Positions 8,420 to 17,731 are shown, counted from the first letter of the stretch. The stretch: DNA of 45,665 nt from an uncultured Candidatus Saccharibacteria bacterium (GCA_964640685.1 CAZXFQ010000005.1:1-45665); one strand, 5' to 3'. The notes: a model not told the origin generated them from the letters alone. Made by a program: numbers and translations.

Positions 8420-9337
8420 CTACTTAATATAGCGCCTTATTGCCACATAACTATTAATAACTCCTACAGCGATCCCCAAGGCTAATACCACAGCAAATCC
8501 CAGTGCCAAACGCGAGACCGTAATCGTCGGCCAATCCAAATTACTTACAAACCCTTTAGAAAAATTTAACTTGCCACTACTCCACTGCTGGAAAATAAAT
8601 ATGGCAATTCCTCCTACGATTAGATTGGAAAATAAGGCTCCCAAAAAGCCATAAATTGCGCCTTCAATAATAAATGGCAAGCGAATATATCCTAGACTGC
8701 CTCCCACCAGTTGCATAATCTCGATCTCTTCTGCCCTACTATGCATTCGGAATTCAACAGTTAGTAATGTAAATAGGACGATTACAATCAGCAACATTCC
8801 TATAATCAGCCCACCACCTAGCCTCAGCCAACTAAATACCTCACGAATATTCTCAGCAATTTCCCTAGTGAAGATAATCTGCTTGATCGCAGGATTTTCC
8901 GCCTTAGCCTTGTCTAGCTCGTCATTGACAGTATTGGCGAAGTCAAGTCTAGTAAGCCTCACAGCCAGTGTTGCTGGAAGCTGACGCTCCTCTACAGCGC
9001 GCGCTGCTAGCTCATTTACTTGTCTTTGGCTACGGGCAAAATCTTCTCGGGCTTTATCTTCACTTGTATATTCTGCATACTCCACTCCATTGAATTCCTC
9101 TACTTTGTTCTTTAGGGAATTGATTTCAGATTCCGGGGTACCTATTTCAAGCACCACGTAAATTTGCGGTTCTCTTTCTACACTGGTAAGGAATAATTCA
9201 GCAGTATATGCCAAAAATCCAAAAATAGTAGAGACTAATACTGCTAGAGCCATCACGGCTGTAGAGGCCCATGCTAACCAACCTGAGCGTCTTACCTGTT
9301 TTAATGATGTACGAAAAGCACTAACAATTTTTTCCAT
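8420..9337 (-). CDS. ftsX: cell-division ABC transporter permease-like protein FtsX
   Basis: About 300 aa with one N-terminal TM, a large extracytoplasmic loop and three C-terminal TMs. It follows ftsE by 22 nt. Confidence 0.85.
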   Translation of the reverse strand: MEKIVSAFRTSLKQVRRSGWLAWASTAVMALAVLVSTIFGFLAYTAELFLTSVEREPQIYVVLEIGTPESEINSLKNKVEEFNGVEYAEYTSEDKAREDFARSQRQVNELAARAVEERQLPATLAVRLTRLDFANTVNDELDKAKAENPAIKQIIFTREIAENIREVFSWLRLGGGLIIGMLLIVIVLFTLLTVEFRMHSRAEEIEIMQLVGGSLGYIRLPFIIEGAIYGFLGALFSNLIVGGIAIFIFQQWSSGKLNFSKGFVSNLDWPTITVSRLALGFAVVLALGIAVGVINSYVAIRRYIK

Positions 9338-9359
9338 CGGCAGATATTAAAATTATAAT

Positions 9360-10541
9360 TTATTCAGTAGTTAGGTAACGTTTGATTGCTTTGGCTAGTT
9401 GCCGGATTTCGGTTTTGTTAAGCTTTTCGTTCACTGTGCCAACGCCAGCTTTTAAGATATCTTCTACATCCAAGTAACCTAGTTCTGCAAGCTTATCCGT
9501 AAGTTTATTGGTAAGCTTCAAGACCTGCAAATTTACAGTATCTGCTTTAGCAAGAACCTCGACAACTGCTTCGGCTTGTGACTCCGAGGCACTTACAACC
9601 TCTAGGCTTAGATCAATAGTTGCTTCCCCAAGTGGCTTAGGGGCACCTAGAATGATAATTTCATTGGTGGCTATGCTGTTTACGGAAGGCAAATCAGGAG
9701 TATCTAAAGTTCCTGGTACCTCTGGGATTGAAAATGTTTCCTCACTAGGTTTTTCAGATGCATCTGACTTTACCGGGGCCTTTTGAGATTTGTCTTTAGA
9801 AGTTTGCTTTTTTTCTTCTTGCATCAAAATTTTCATTGAGTATTCGTCTAGCTCCTCATAAACGCCTTTTTTATCGTCTCGCAGTAATTTGCCGTCTGCC
9901 AGCTTAAGTACTCTTTTTTGCAAAGAATTGACAATATCTGTCCCGTGAGTAGACATTACAATGGTAGTGCCCCACTTATTGATCTTGGCTAAAATTTGCA
10001 CAATATCCCAAGCTGACTCTGGGTCAAGATTACCAGTTGGTTCATCTGCAATCAATAATTTGGGGTTATTAGCGATTGCACGCGCAATTGCCACTTTTTG
10101 CTTCTCCCCACCTGATAACTGTGTGGGGAAGGCATTGGCACGATGTGAAAGGTTAACAATGTCTAGTACATAAGGCACTGTTTCTTTAATCTCTTTGTTA
10201 CTCTGTCCAGCTGCTTCCATAGCGAAGGCCACGTTCTCGTATGCATTTTTGTGTTCAAGCAATTTATAATCTTGGAACACGATTCCGATTTTACGTCGCA
10301 GTTTATATACTCCGGAACGCCTCAGTCGACTAATGTCTTCGTCCTCAAAAAAGATCTTGCCTGCACTGGGTAACTCTTCACGAATAATCTGTCTCAAAAT
10401 AGTAGTTTTGCCTGAGCCGGAGGGACCGACTAAAAATACAAACTCACCTTGATTTATCTCAAAAGAAACATCATCCAAAGCTAAAATAGCTTTTGGAGAA
10501 GAGGGATAAATTTTAGTGACATTCAAAAATTGAATCATCAT
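9360..10541 (-). CDS. ftsE: cell-division ATP-binding protein FtsE with a C-terminal extension of about 170 aa
   Basis: Walker A GPSGSGKTT, signature LSGGEKQKVAIARA, Walker B LLIADEPTGNLD. The canonical FtsE part is aa 1-225. Residues 226-393 are an extra acidic/Ser-Pro linker plus a helical end. Confidence 0.9.
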   Translation of the reverse strand: MMIQFLNVTKIYPSSPKAILALDDVSFEINQGEFVFLVGPSGSGKTTILRQIIREELPSAGKIFFEDEDISRLRRSGVYKLRRKIGIVFQDYKLLEHKNAYENVAFAMEAAGQSNKEIKETVPYVLDIVNLSHRANAFPTQLSGGEKQKVAIARAIANNPKLLIADEPTGNLDPESAWDIVQILAKINKWGTTIVMSTHGTDIVNSLQKRVLKLADGKLLRDDKKGVYEELDEYSMKILMQEEKKQTSKDKSQKAPVKSDASEKPSEETFSIPEVPGTLDTPDLPSVNSIATNEIIILGAPKPLGEATIDLSLEVVSASESQAEAVVEVLAKADTVNLQVLKLTNKLTDKLAELGYLDVEDILKAGVGTVNEKLNKTEIRQLAKAIKRYLTTE

Positions 10542-10557
10542 TATAGTCTACCTAAGA

Positions 10558-11682
10558 CTAACCATTGCTAGCAAGTTTCGCAAGGTATTTCACGCCTGCA
10601 TTAATGAATTCCTGCAATTTCCCGTCCAGCACATCTTCTACTTGGTCAGTTTCCACTTTGGTACGTAGGTCTTTGACCAACTTGTAAGGATGTAAAACGT
10701 AATTCCTAATCTGACTCCCCCAAGAAGCGCTGAAGGACTTGCCGCCTTCATTGGAAATTAAGTTTTGACGTTTTTCCTCTTCTAGTAATGCTAATTTACC
10801 TCTAAGCAGTTCCATGGCTAGCTCTTTGTTTTGTAATTGGCTGCGTTCATTGGACGAAGAGACCAAGATTCCTGTCGGTATATGTCTTATTCGAACTGAG
10901 GTAGCAACTTTGTTGACGTTTTGACCACCAGCACCGCCTGAGCGCACTGCAGAAAAATCTATGTCTTCAGGTTTAATTTCAACGTTGGCGTCGCCACTAA
11001 CCACAGGTACAACTTCTACTCCTGCAAATGATGTCTGCCTTAGCCCCTGGGCATTGAAGGGGGAAATCCTCACAAGTCTGTGAGTCCCATGTTCCACTTT
11101 GAGGTAGCCATAGGCATAATCGCCTGCAACTCTTACACTTACTGAACTAATTCCAGCCTCGGTGCCTGGAGTTTTTTCTATGATCTCGCTAGTCCAGCCT
11201 TGCTTTTCAAAGTAACGTAAATACATTCTTAGCAGAATTTCTGTCCAATCATGTGCTTCAGTGCCACCCTGGCCAGCAAAGATACTAATTACTGCATTGA
11301 ATTTATCTAGTTTGCCACTTAGAAATCGCTTTAGTTTATATTCTTCAACCTCGGCTGTTAAGGTCAGCAGTATCTGTTGGTAATCATTCACATAGGCGGA
11401 TTCTCCATTTTTGATTTCGCTAGCCAAGAAATCTAGATCAGCAGCCAGCTGCAACAGTCTGTTAGACTGTTCTAGAGCTTTTTTTAACTGTGAAATCTTG
11501 CTATTGACTGTTTTGGCTCTTTCCTGGTTATTCCAAAGTTCTGGGTCTAAGGTATGTTGGTGTTCTGCAATTAGCTCTGTTTGTATACTTTGAATTTGTG
11601 CTTCTAATTCTAGAGAATTAACAGCAGAAATTGTTTGGGCGTGGTACTGTTGATCTGGGCTAAAATCCGTTGCTGCTGGCAT
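10558..11682 (-). CDS. prfB: peptide chain release factor 2 (single uninterrupted ORF)
   Basis: SPF tripeptide (RISPFNAQG) and GGQ motif (SGGAGGQNVNKV). Confidence 0.95.
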   Translation of the reverse strand: MPAATDFSPDQQYHAQTISAVNSLELEAQIQSIQTELIAEHQHTLDPELWNNQERAKTVNSKISQLKKALEQSNRLLQLAADLDFLASEIKNGESAYVNDYQQILLTLTAEVEEYKLKRFLSGKLDKFNAVISIFAGQGGTEAHDWTEILLRMYLRYFEKQGWTSEIIEKTPGTEAGISSVSVRVAGDYAYGYLKVEHGTHRLVRISPFNAQGLRQTSFAGVEVVPVVSGDANVEIKPEDIDFSAVRSGGAGGQNVNKVATSVRIRHIPTGILVSSSNERSQLQNKELAMELLRGKLALLEEEKRQNLISNEGGKSFSASWGSQIRNYVLHPYKLVKDLRTKVETDQVEDVLDGKLQEFINAGVKYLAKLASNG

Positions 11683-11774
11683 TAAGTGAAAATCTAGTGT
11701 AAAATTAATCCTGAAATATGTTCATTTTACCATTAGCATATTTGGAACTTAAATTATTAGTTTGTTTTGTATAA

Positions 11775-12053
11775 ATGGCAAACACGTCTTCAGCAAAAAA
11801 AGCAGTGCGCAGTAGTGCTCGCAAAGCCAGTATGAACGGCAAGTTAAAAGAGAGTTATAAGTCAGCAAAGAGAGCAGTCACTAAGGCGGCTGTTACCTCA
11901 GATAAAAAGTCTGGGAAAAAAGATGTCGAGGTTAAACTAAGTGCTGCTTACAAAGCAATCGATAAGGCCGCAAAGAAATCGGTCAACATCCTTTCTAAAA
12001 ACAAGGCCAACAGGCTTAAAGCAAAATTAGCCAAACAAGTTGCTAAGCTCTAA
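11775..12053 (+). CDS. rpsT: 30S ribosomal protein S20
   Basis: MANTSSAKKAVRSSARKA... is a basic 92-aa protein typical of S20. Confidence 0.9.
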   Translation: MANTSSAKKAVRSSARKASMNGKLKESYKSAKRAVTKAAVTSDKKSGKKDVEVKLSAAYKAIDKAAKKSVNILSKNKANRLKAKLAKQVAKL

Positions 12054-12073
12054 ATAGCAGCTTACAATTGAGT

Positions 12074-12625
12074 ATGTTTCATGAAAGATTTCTGCGAATA
12101 ATTGACTACTCACTTTTGCCTTTAAGCATTGTAATACTTGCTAAGGTATTCGGCTTGTATTTGATTTTTCACACATTGAACATTGATTGGGGGGTGGCAG
12201 ATTTTCCAAATTCAACTATTAGTGTCACCCCATTGGTGTTTGGCAGGGATTTATCTATAGTCTCCACGTATTCCAATATAGTACTCTATTTTGTTTTGCT
12301 GGCTAGTTACTCAGTGCAGTTTATTCTCTCTAATTTGCAGTATAGGCAGTACAAGCAAATGCTCCTAGTAAAAATCGTTTTATTTCTAAATAACTTAAAA
12401 TTATATAAAAGCGGAGCTGAGGTCTACCTGCGCAGCTTTGTCTGGTATGCGTTTCTAGTGTTGGTCACTATTTACTTGGTTTATGACGCCATCATGGGCC
12501 ACACTGCTTTATGGCTGCCTATAGTGGCATTCCTGTTCACTGGAGCCCTGGGTGCTTCTTTATTAAAAACGCATGCCCAGGCGGAGCAACAAGAAGCTGT
12601 AAACCCCCACACAATGGCGCTTTAG
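12074..12625 (+). CDS. hypothetical integral membrane protein (4-5 TM)
   Basis: Hydrophobic segments run throughout. I prefer the ATG at 12074 over the TTG at 12068. TACAAT lies 5 nt upstream of that ATG. Confidence 0.55.
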   Translation: MFHERFLRIIDYSLLPLSIVILAKVFGLYLIFHTLNIDWGVADFPNSTISVTPLVFGRDLSIVSTYSNIVLYFVLLASYSVQFILSNLQYRQYKQMLLVKIVLFLNNLKLYKSGAEVYLRSFVWYAFLVLVTIYLVYDAIMGHTALWLPIVAFLFTGALGASLLKTHAQAEQQEAVNPHTMAL

Positions 12626-12676
12626 ATATATTTACAATTACTAGAGATGTGTTTATAGACTAGTAAGATTCCGTTT

Positions 12677-14806
12677 TTATTTTAGGGTCTCCAGCGCGTC
12701 GCGCAATTTTGCAGCTTTCTCGAATTCCAAGGAATCAGCAAATATTTCCATCTGTACTCTCAATTTGTCCTTGAGCTCTTTACGGGCTTTAGGTTTTAGG
12801 GAAGGATAACTATTGATCATCGCCATAAGCTTAGTTTCACCAGCGTTTTTGACTTCTACATCAGCTTCTTCTGCCTTCTCCTGACGCTCTAGCTGAGTTT
12901 TGATGCTGCTAATAATAGTAGTGGGCGTAATGTCATGTTCAAGGTTGTATTTCTCTTGAATCTGCCTTCTTCTCTTAGTCTCTGAGATAGCGCTGAGCAT
13001 TGATCCAGTGACTTTATCTGCGTACATGATAACTCTGCCTTCAGAGTGCCTTGCAGCTCTGCCAATGGTCTGCACAAAACTCGTGTTGGAACGTAGGAAT
13101 CCTTCTTTATCTGAGTCTAAAATCGTCACCAAAGATACTTCTGGCAAATCCAGACCTTCGCGGAGTAAATTGATGCCTACTATCACGTCGAATATTCCTA
13201 GTCTAAGGTCTCTGAGGATATTAACGCGCTCTATGGCATCAATATCAGAGTGAATGTATTGCACCTTTATTCCAAGGTCTTTCATATAATTGGTCAACTC
13301 CTCTGCCATACGCTTGGTGAGAGTAGTGACAATTACTCTCTGCTGCTTGGCAATTGTAACTTTAATCTCAGTAAGTAGATCCTCAATTTGGTCTACCACG
13401 GTGTGTTTTTGTAGCTCTGCTAGTTCTGTAGTCAGATTATTGTCCAAAAGAGACTGCTCCAATTTGACCAAACTTTTACTGGTTGAGGGTCGCAGGTAAA
13501 TAAGTGGATCTAGTAGACCGGTAGGTCTAATAATCTGTTCGGCAATTGCGGGCTGGTTCTTAAACTCCGGCTTGGCGTCTGCCAGCTTATTGTATTCAGC
13601 TTTGGCTAAATCAAGCTCATATTCAGTAGGAGTAGCAGTTATATATATAGCTTGATTTATTTTGCCAGTAAACTCTGCAAACTTAAGTGGGCGATTATCC
13701 AAAGCTGATTTAAGCCTAAAGCCATATTCTACTAGGATCTCCTTGCGAGCGCGGTCACCATTGTACATTCCTCTAACTTGGGGCATAGTAATATGTGATT
13801 CGTCCACTATCAATAGCCAATCTTCTCCTAGATAGTCGATAAGCGTGGAAGGCGGTGTACCTGGAACACGGCCATCCAAATAACGGGAATAATTTTCAAT
13901 ACCTGTGCAATAACCCACCTCTTGCATTAGCTCCAAGTCATAATTAACACGCTGCTCAAGTCTGGTAGCCTCCAGTAATTTGCCGCGTCGCAAAAGCTCG
14001 GCTTTTTCTTTGTCTAGATCCTCTCGAATCTTGGGAATTACAGACTTGACCCTATCGTATGGAGTGACGTACTGCTTGGCAGGAAAGATAGTAAATTCAT
14101 TTGGTTTCTCTATTACCTCTCCGCTGATGGAATTGATCAACTTAATACTTTCTACCTCATCCCCAAAGTAGTCAATTCTTAGGGCACGCTCTTCTGCGAC
14201 TAGATTGATATCGATAGTATCACCGCGAACTCGATATAGTCCTGGGTAGAAATCGTACTCACTGCGATAATACTGCATATCAGTCAAATGAATCAAAAGC
14301 TTGCTGCGCGGGTAATTATCACCAACCTTTACAGTTCTAGCTAAAGCAGAATAGTCATCTGGATTGCCCAAACCATAAATGCATGAGACCGAGGCAACAA
14401 TGATCACGTCCTTACGGCTCAAGGCTGCTTGTGTAGCGGCGTTGCGATAGCGCTCGATGTCTTCATTGATCTCAGTCTCCTTATCTATAAACAGATCACG
14501 GCTAGGTAAGTATGCCTCTGGCTGATAATAGTCATAATAAGAAATGAAATAGCTCACCGCATTTTCCGGGAAAAATTCTTTAAACTCGGCAAACAGCTGT
14601 GCTGCTAGGGTTTTATTGTGTGCCAATACTAAGGTTGGTCTCTGTAAGTTTTGAATCACGTGCGCCATAGAATAGGTTTTGCCTGAGCCTGTCACGCCTA
14701 AAAGTGTTTGGTGCTTGGCACCAGCCAGTGCGCGTTTGGTCAACATAGATATGGCTCTAGGCTGGTCGCCGGCTGGTTGGTATGGAGACTTTAGTTGAAA
14801 TCGCAT
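12677..14806 (-). CDS. uvrB: excinuclease ABC subunit B
   Basis: GVTGSGKTY Walker A, DESH box (VDESHITMPQ), helicase motifs, and the C-terminal UVR motif (FEKAAKLRD). Confidence 0.97.
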   Translation of the reverse strand: MRFQLKSPYQPAGDQPRAISMLTKRALAGAKHQTLLGVTGSGKTYSMAHVIQNLQRPTLVLAHNKTLAAQLFAEFKEFFPENAVSYFISYYDYYQPEAYLPSRDLFIDKETEINEDIERYRNAATQAALSRKDVIIVASVSCIYGLGNPDDYSALARTVKVGDNYPRSKLLIHLTDMQYYRSEYDFYPGLYRVRGDTIDINLVAEERALRIDYFGDEVESIKLINSISGEVIEKPNEFTIFPAKQYVTPYDRVKSVIPKIREDLDKEKAELLRRGKLLEATRLEQRVNYDLELMQEVGYCTGIENYSRYLDGRVPGTPPSTLIDYLGEDWLLIVDESHITMPQVRGMYNGDRARKEILVEYGFRLKSALDNRPLKFAEFTGKINQAIYITATPTEYELDLAKAEYNKLADAKPEFKNQPAIAEQIIRPTGLLDPLIYLRPSTSKSLVKLEQSLLDNNLTTELAELQKHTVVDQIEDLLTEIKVTIAKQQRVIVTTLTKRMAEELTNYMKDLGIKVQYIHSDIDAIERVNILRDLRLGIFDVIVGINLLREGLDLPEVSLVTILDSDKEGFLRSNTSFVQTIGRAARHSEGRVIMYADKVTGSMLSAISETKRRRQIQEKYNLEHDITPTTIISSIKTQLERQEKAEEADVEVKNAGETKLMAMINSYPSLKPKARKELKDKLRVQMEIFADSLEFEKAAKLRDALETLK

Positions 14807-14811
14807 AGGGT

Positions 14812-14817
14812 ATTATA
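14812..14817 (-). promoter_or_regulatory. -10 box TATAAT placed 5 nt upstream of the uvrB ATG (leaderless arrangement)
   Basis: Minus strand reads gattgTATAATaccctATG. No SD. Confidence 0.45.
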
Positions 14818-14845
14818 CAATCTTTGACGAAACTATATACGGAAA

Positions 14846-15937
14846 CTAGTTATTTTCGGCTCGTAAATCTGCTAAAAGCTTTGAATAAAAGTTTAGATTG
14901 TTTATAGTGGCCAAACGCATTCCCGCAGGTTCCTTGATTCTTAGCAAATGTCGCAAATAGGCTCGCGAAACGTTTTCTAGACTGGGATGTTTCAGCGAGC
15001 TAATTGGTTCGTTGCTAAATTTGTAACGCTCTGCTTTGATATGCAATACAGAGTAGTGCTTGTAATCTACATCACCTTCACCTAAAGGCACATAGAGGTA
15101 ACCATGTCTGGCATTGCGAGTCGGCAGCACACAGTCGAAAAGGTCCCATCCCATGTGGGCTAGAGCGAAAATATCATCAGGAGTGCCAATTCCCATTGCA
15201 TAGCGCAGCTTATTTTTAGGTAACAAACCCACAAGGTACTCCGACAGTTCCAAATCTAAACTTCCATCTGGTCTCAACGGCAAACCACCAAAATTGTAGC
15301 TGTCAAAGCCAATCTCTGCTAGTTCATAGGCACTTTGCATGCGCAATTTCTTGTCTCCTGCCCCCTGTACTACCCCTGTCAGTAATGGCCTGCTGCCAAG
15401 CTGGGGATCCAGTGCATTAAACTCAGCAAATTTGTTAGAGTCTAGCTTTTCCAACTCCAAAAATTGCATCTTGGAGCGTTTAGCCCAGGCACTAGTCCTA
15501 GCCACTGAGGTCGAATTAGCCTCATGACTTGCGTCTAAGGCTAAAGGTTCATCAAGTACTGTGCGGATATCAGAATCTAATTTATGCTGAATAATTTGCG
15601 AGCTTTCAGGGGTTAACTCGTGCACAGTACCAGTTTTATGGTCCTTGAAATAAGCACCATGGTTAGTTAAATAATTATGCTTGCTTGAGCGACGATGGAT
15701 AAGTGAGAAGACCTGGAACCCCCCACTGTCAGTTAGTATTGGCCTATTCCAATTGAAGAACTTATGCAAACCACCAAATTTTTGGATATAGTCAGAACCT
15801 AGTCCTAATTCCAAGTGAAGTGTGGTAGTTACTATCTCGTCGACACCTGCGCTAGTGGCATCTGCGAAGCTGATTGAATTAATCGACCCGTATGTGGCGT
15901 CGGGTAAAAATGCAGGTGTATTAATCTCACCATGCAA
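14846..15937 (-). CDS. tgt: tRNA-guanine transglycosylase homologue (divergent, all zinc ligands substituted)
   Basis: Motifs ILTDSGGFQVFSL, VLDEP, YAMGIGTPDD, FDCVLPTRNARHGYLY and SRAYLRHL. The listed start is TTG. The frame stays open and TGT-like up to 15994, but that stretch contains only ATT/ATA codons. Confidence 0.85.
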   Translation of the reverse strand: MHGEINTPAFLPDATYGSINSISFADATSAGVDEIVTTTLHLELGLGSDYIQKFGGLHKFFNWNRPILTDSGGFQVFSLIHRRSSKHNYLTNHGAYFKDHKTGTVHELTPESSQIIQHKLDSDIRTVLDEPLALDASHEANSTSVARTSAWAKRSKMQFLELEKLDSNKFAEFNALDPQLGSRPLLTGVVQGAGDKKLRMQSAYELAEIGFDSYNFGGLPLRPDGSLDLELSEYLVGLLPKNKLRYAMGIGTPDDIFALAHMGWDLFDCVLPTRNARHGYLYVPLGEGDVDYKHYSVLHIKAERYKFSNEPISSLKHPSLENVSRAYLRHLLRIKEPAGMRLATINNLNFYSKLLADLRAENN

Positions 15938-15987
15938 GGTATTGATTTTTAATTTACGTAAGCTAGAAATATTAATAATAGTTAATA

Positions 15988-16815
15988 TTAATTCTTAATA
16001 TTTTTGACAGTTTTAGTTTCACTGAATAGACTTAGGAAGTCCTGCTGTATAAGGGCTTCAGCTCGGGTATCTTTTGATATCTTCAAAGAATTAAAAATCG
16101 TCTCCCAATCTTTATTTTTAAATAGTCTGCGAAAATTATTAATTAATTTTTTTCGAGGGTTTTGAAAACTAAGTTTTAGAAATTCTATATACCCTTGGAT
16201 TAGCTCTGGTTCTATCACTAAATGGTCTCGTCCTAGGCTGGTAAACCTAATAGCAGCGCTATCAACCTTGGGCACTGGGAAAAACTTGGATTTTTCTACT
16301 GTATAACCTAGTTCAACCTCAGTAAATATTGTCAAAAACTGATTGAGGAAATTGGTTCTAGGTTTGGCAGCGTAATTAAAAGCTACTTCCTTCTGTAACA
16401 TAAATACCGCTGCCTCTAGTACAATCTCTATATCTGCGCAGCAGAGCTCGATTATCCTCTTAGAAATATTGTATGGCAGAGCTCCAATGATTTTATTGAT
16501 TTTATGAGTATGAATAAGCTCGCGAATATTAATTTGCAGTACATCAGCAGTCAAGATTTCTACGTGGCTATAGCTGGCGAACTTTTCTTTGAGAAGCTCA
16601 GCAAGTGCAGGATCGATTTCTAGAAGGATTAGTTTTTTGACGTTAGGAACTATAAATTCAGTCAGCGCCCCAGCGCCTGGACCAATCTCCAGGATTATGT
16701 CATTGCTATCTAGCTCCAAGGCCTCTATCATCCCCAGGATAGCTTCGGTGTTGCGCAGAAAGTTTTGGCCTAGCTGCTTTTTAAAATTAAACTTGCGTAG
16801 AAATGCGTCTTCCAT
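15988..16815 (-). CDS. rsmA: 16S rRNA (adenine1518/1519-N6)-dimethyltransferase
   Basis: KKQLGQNFLRN plus the SAM motif ILEIGPGAGALTE. Confidence 0.92.
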   Translation of the reverse strand: MEDAFLRKFNFKKQLGQNFLRNTEAILGMIEALELDSNDIILEIGPGAGALTEFIVPNVKKLILLEIDPALAELLKEKFASYSHVEILTADVLQINIRELIHTHKINKIIGALPYNISKRIIELCCADIEIVLEAAVFMLQKEVAFNYAAKPRTNFLNQFLTIFTEVELGYTVEKSKFFPVPKVDSAAIRFTSLGRDHLVIEPELIQGYIEFLKLSFQNPRKKLINNFRRLFKNKDWETIFNSLKISKDTRAEALIQQDFLSLFSETKTVKNIKN

Positions 16816-16816
16816 T

Positions 16817-17593
16817 TTAATCTAAATCATGTCTAGTTAATATATATCTGTGGGCAGCAATTTCAGCCGTGTCATCTAATGGCTTCAAATGCACTGCAGT
16901 TTTGTATTTAGTAGTTAATGCCTTTGTAATCAGCCAATCTGCTAAATGAGGATTTTTAGGTAAAAGCGATCCATGCATGTAGCTACCGATCACATGTTTA
17001 TAAACGATTCCATCACTAACACAGTCAAAATTATCACCAACTCCTACTAAGACTTTCCCTAGGGTCTGAATCTTGGCACTAGGGTTGAGTCGTGTGCGTC
17101 CGCTATGGTTTTCAAATCCCACTAGAGTTCCCAACCCTGACGGGTGTTGTTTAAGTGCCGAAGTGACCTCTAACCTGGTGACCAGATCACCTACTGCCCT
17201 TTGGCGCATTTCACTAGTGGGAGCAACTGTCTCCATGTCTAGTAAGCCAATCCCTTCAATCCGATTGCCATTACTATCTAAGAAATATTTACCCAAAAGC
17301 TGGTAGCCTCCGCAAATTGCCAGCATAGGTACATCACTTTCTAAATCAATCAATAGCTGTGCACGTTTGTGCGCAAGTAAATCTGGGTAGGTTCTTAATT
17401 GATCAGCGTCTTGACCACCCCCGAAGAAGTACAAATCGTTCTGACCAGCCTCCAATTGAGAACCAATAGAAATATTATTGACCGTAACTTTAATTCCGCG
17501 CCATTCGGCACGTTTTTGTAGACAGACCACATTGCCAAGGTCCCCATATAGATTCATCAAATCCGGGTAAAGATGCGTAATATTTAACTCCAT
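16817..17593 (-). CDS. gatD: lipid II isoglutaminyl synthase glutaminase subunit GatD (CobQ-type GATase)
   Basis: HLYPDLMNLYGDLGNVVCLQKRA, ICGGYQLLG (nucleophile Cys), VGFENHSGRT and YMHGSLLPKNP are colinear with Staphylococcus GatD as recalled from memory. Confidence 0.8.
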   Translation of the reverse strand: MELNITHLYPDLMNLYGDLGNVVCLQKRAEWRGIKVTVNNISIGSQLEAGQNDLYFFGGGQDADQLRTYPDLLAHKRAQLLIDLESDVPMLAICGGYQLLGKYFLDSNGNRIEGIGLLDMETVAPTSEMRQRAVGDLVTRLEVTSALKQHPSGLGTLVGFENHSGRTRLNPSAKIQTLGKVLVGVGDNFDCVSDGIVYKHVIGSYMHGSLLPKNPHLADWLITKALTTKYKTAVHLKPLDDTAEIAAHRYILTRHDLD

Positions 17594-17660
17594 GCCCTAT
17601 TTTACCTTAAATGATTGTCTCCACAAGAAGATTCTGAGATAATGTACTTGCCTTGCTAGT

Positions 17661-17731
17661 TGGGGGATCGTCTAATGGCAGGACAACGGCCTTTGAAGCC
17701 GTGTATCATGGTTCGAGTCCATGTCCCCCAA
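17661..17731 (+). tRNA. tRNA-Gln (anticodon TTG)
   Basis: Hand-folded cloverleaf: acceptor TGGGGGA/TCCCCCA, D stem GTCT/GGAC, anticodon stem ACGGC/GCCGT with loop CTTTGAA, T arm CATGG-TTCGAGT-CCATG. No CCA is encoded. Confidence 0.9.

Noticed and set aside
10558-11682. Looked for the programmed +1 frameshift site (CTT TGA C) common in prfB
   Set aside because: The RF2 ORF is continuous from Met to stop with the full N-terminal domain, so no frameshift is needed. This is a known minority state and not novel.
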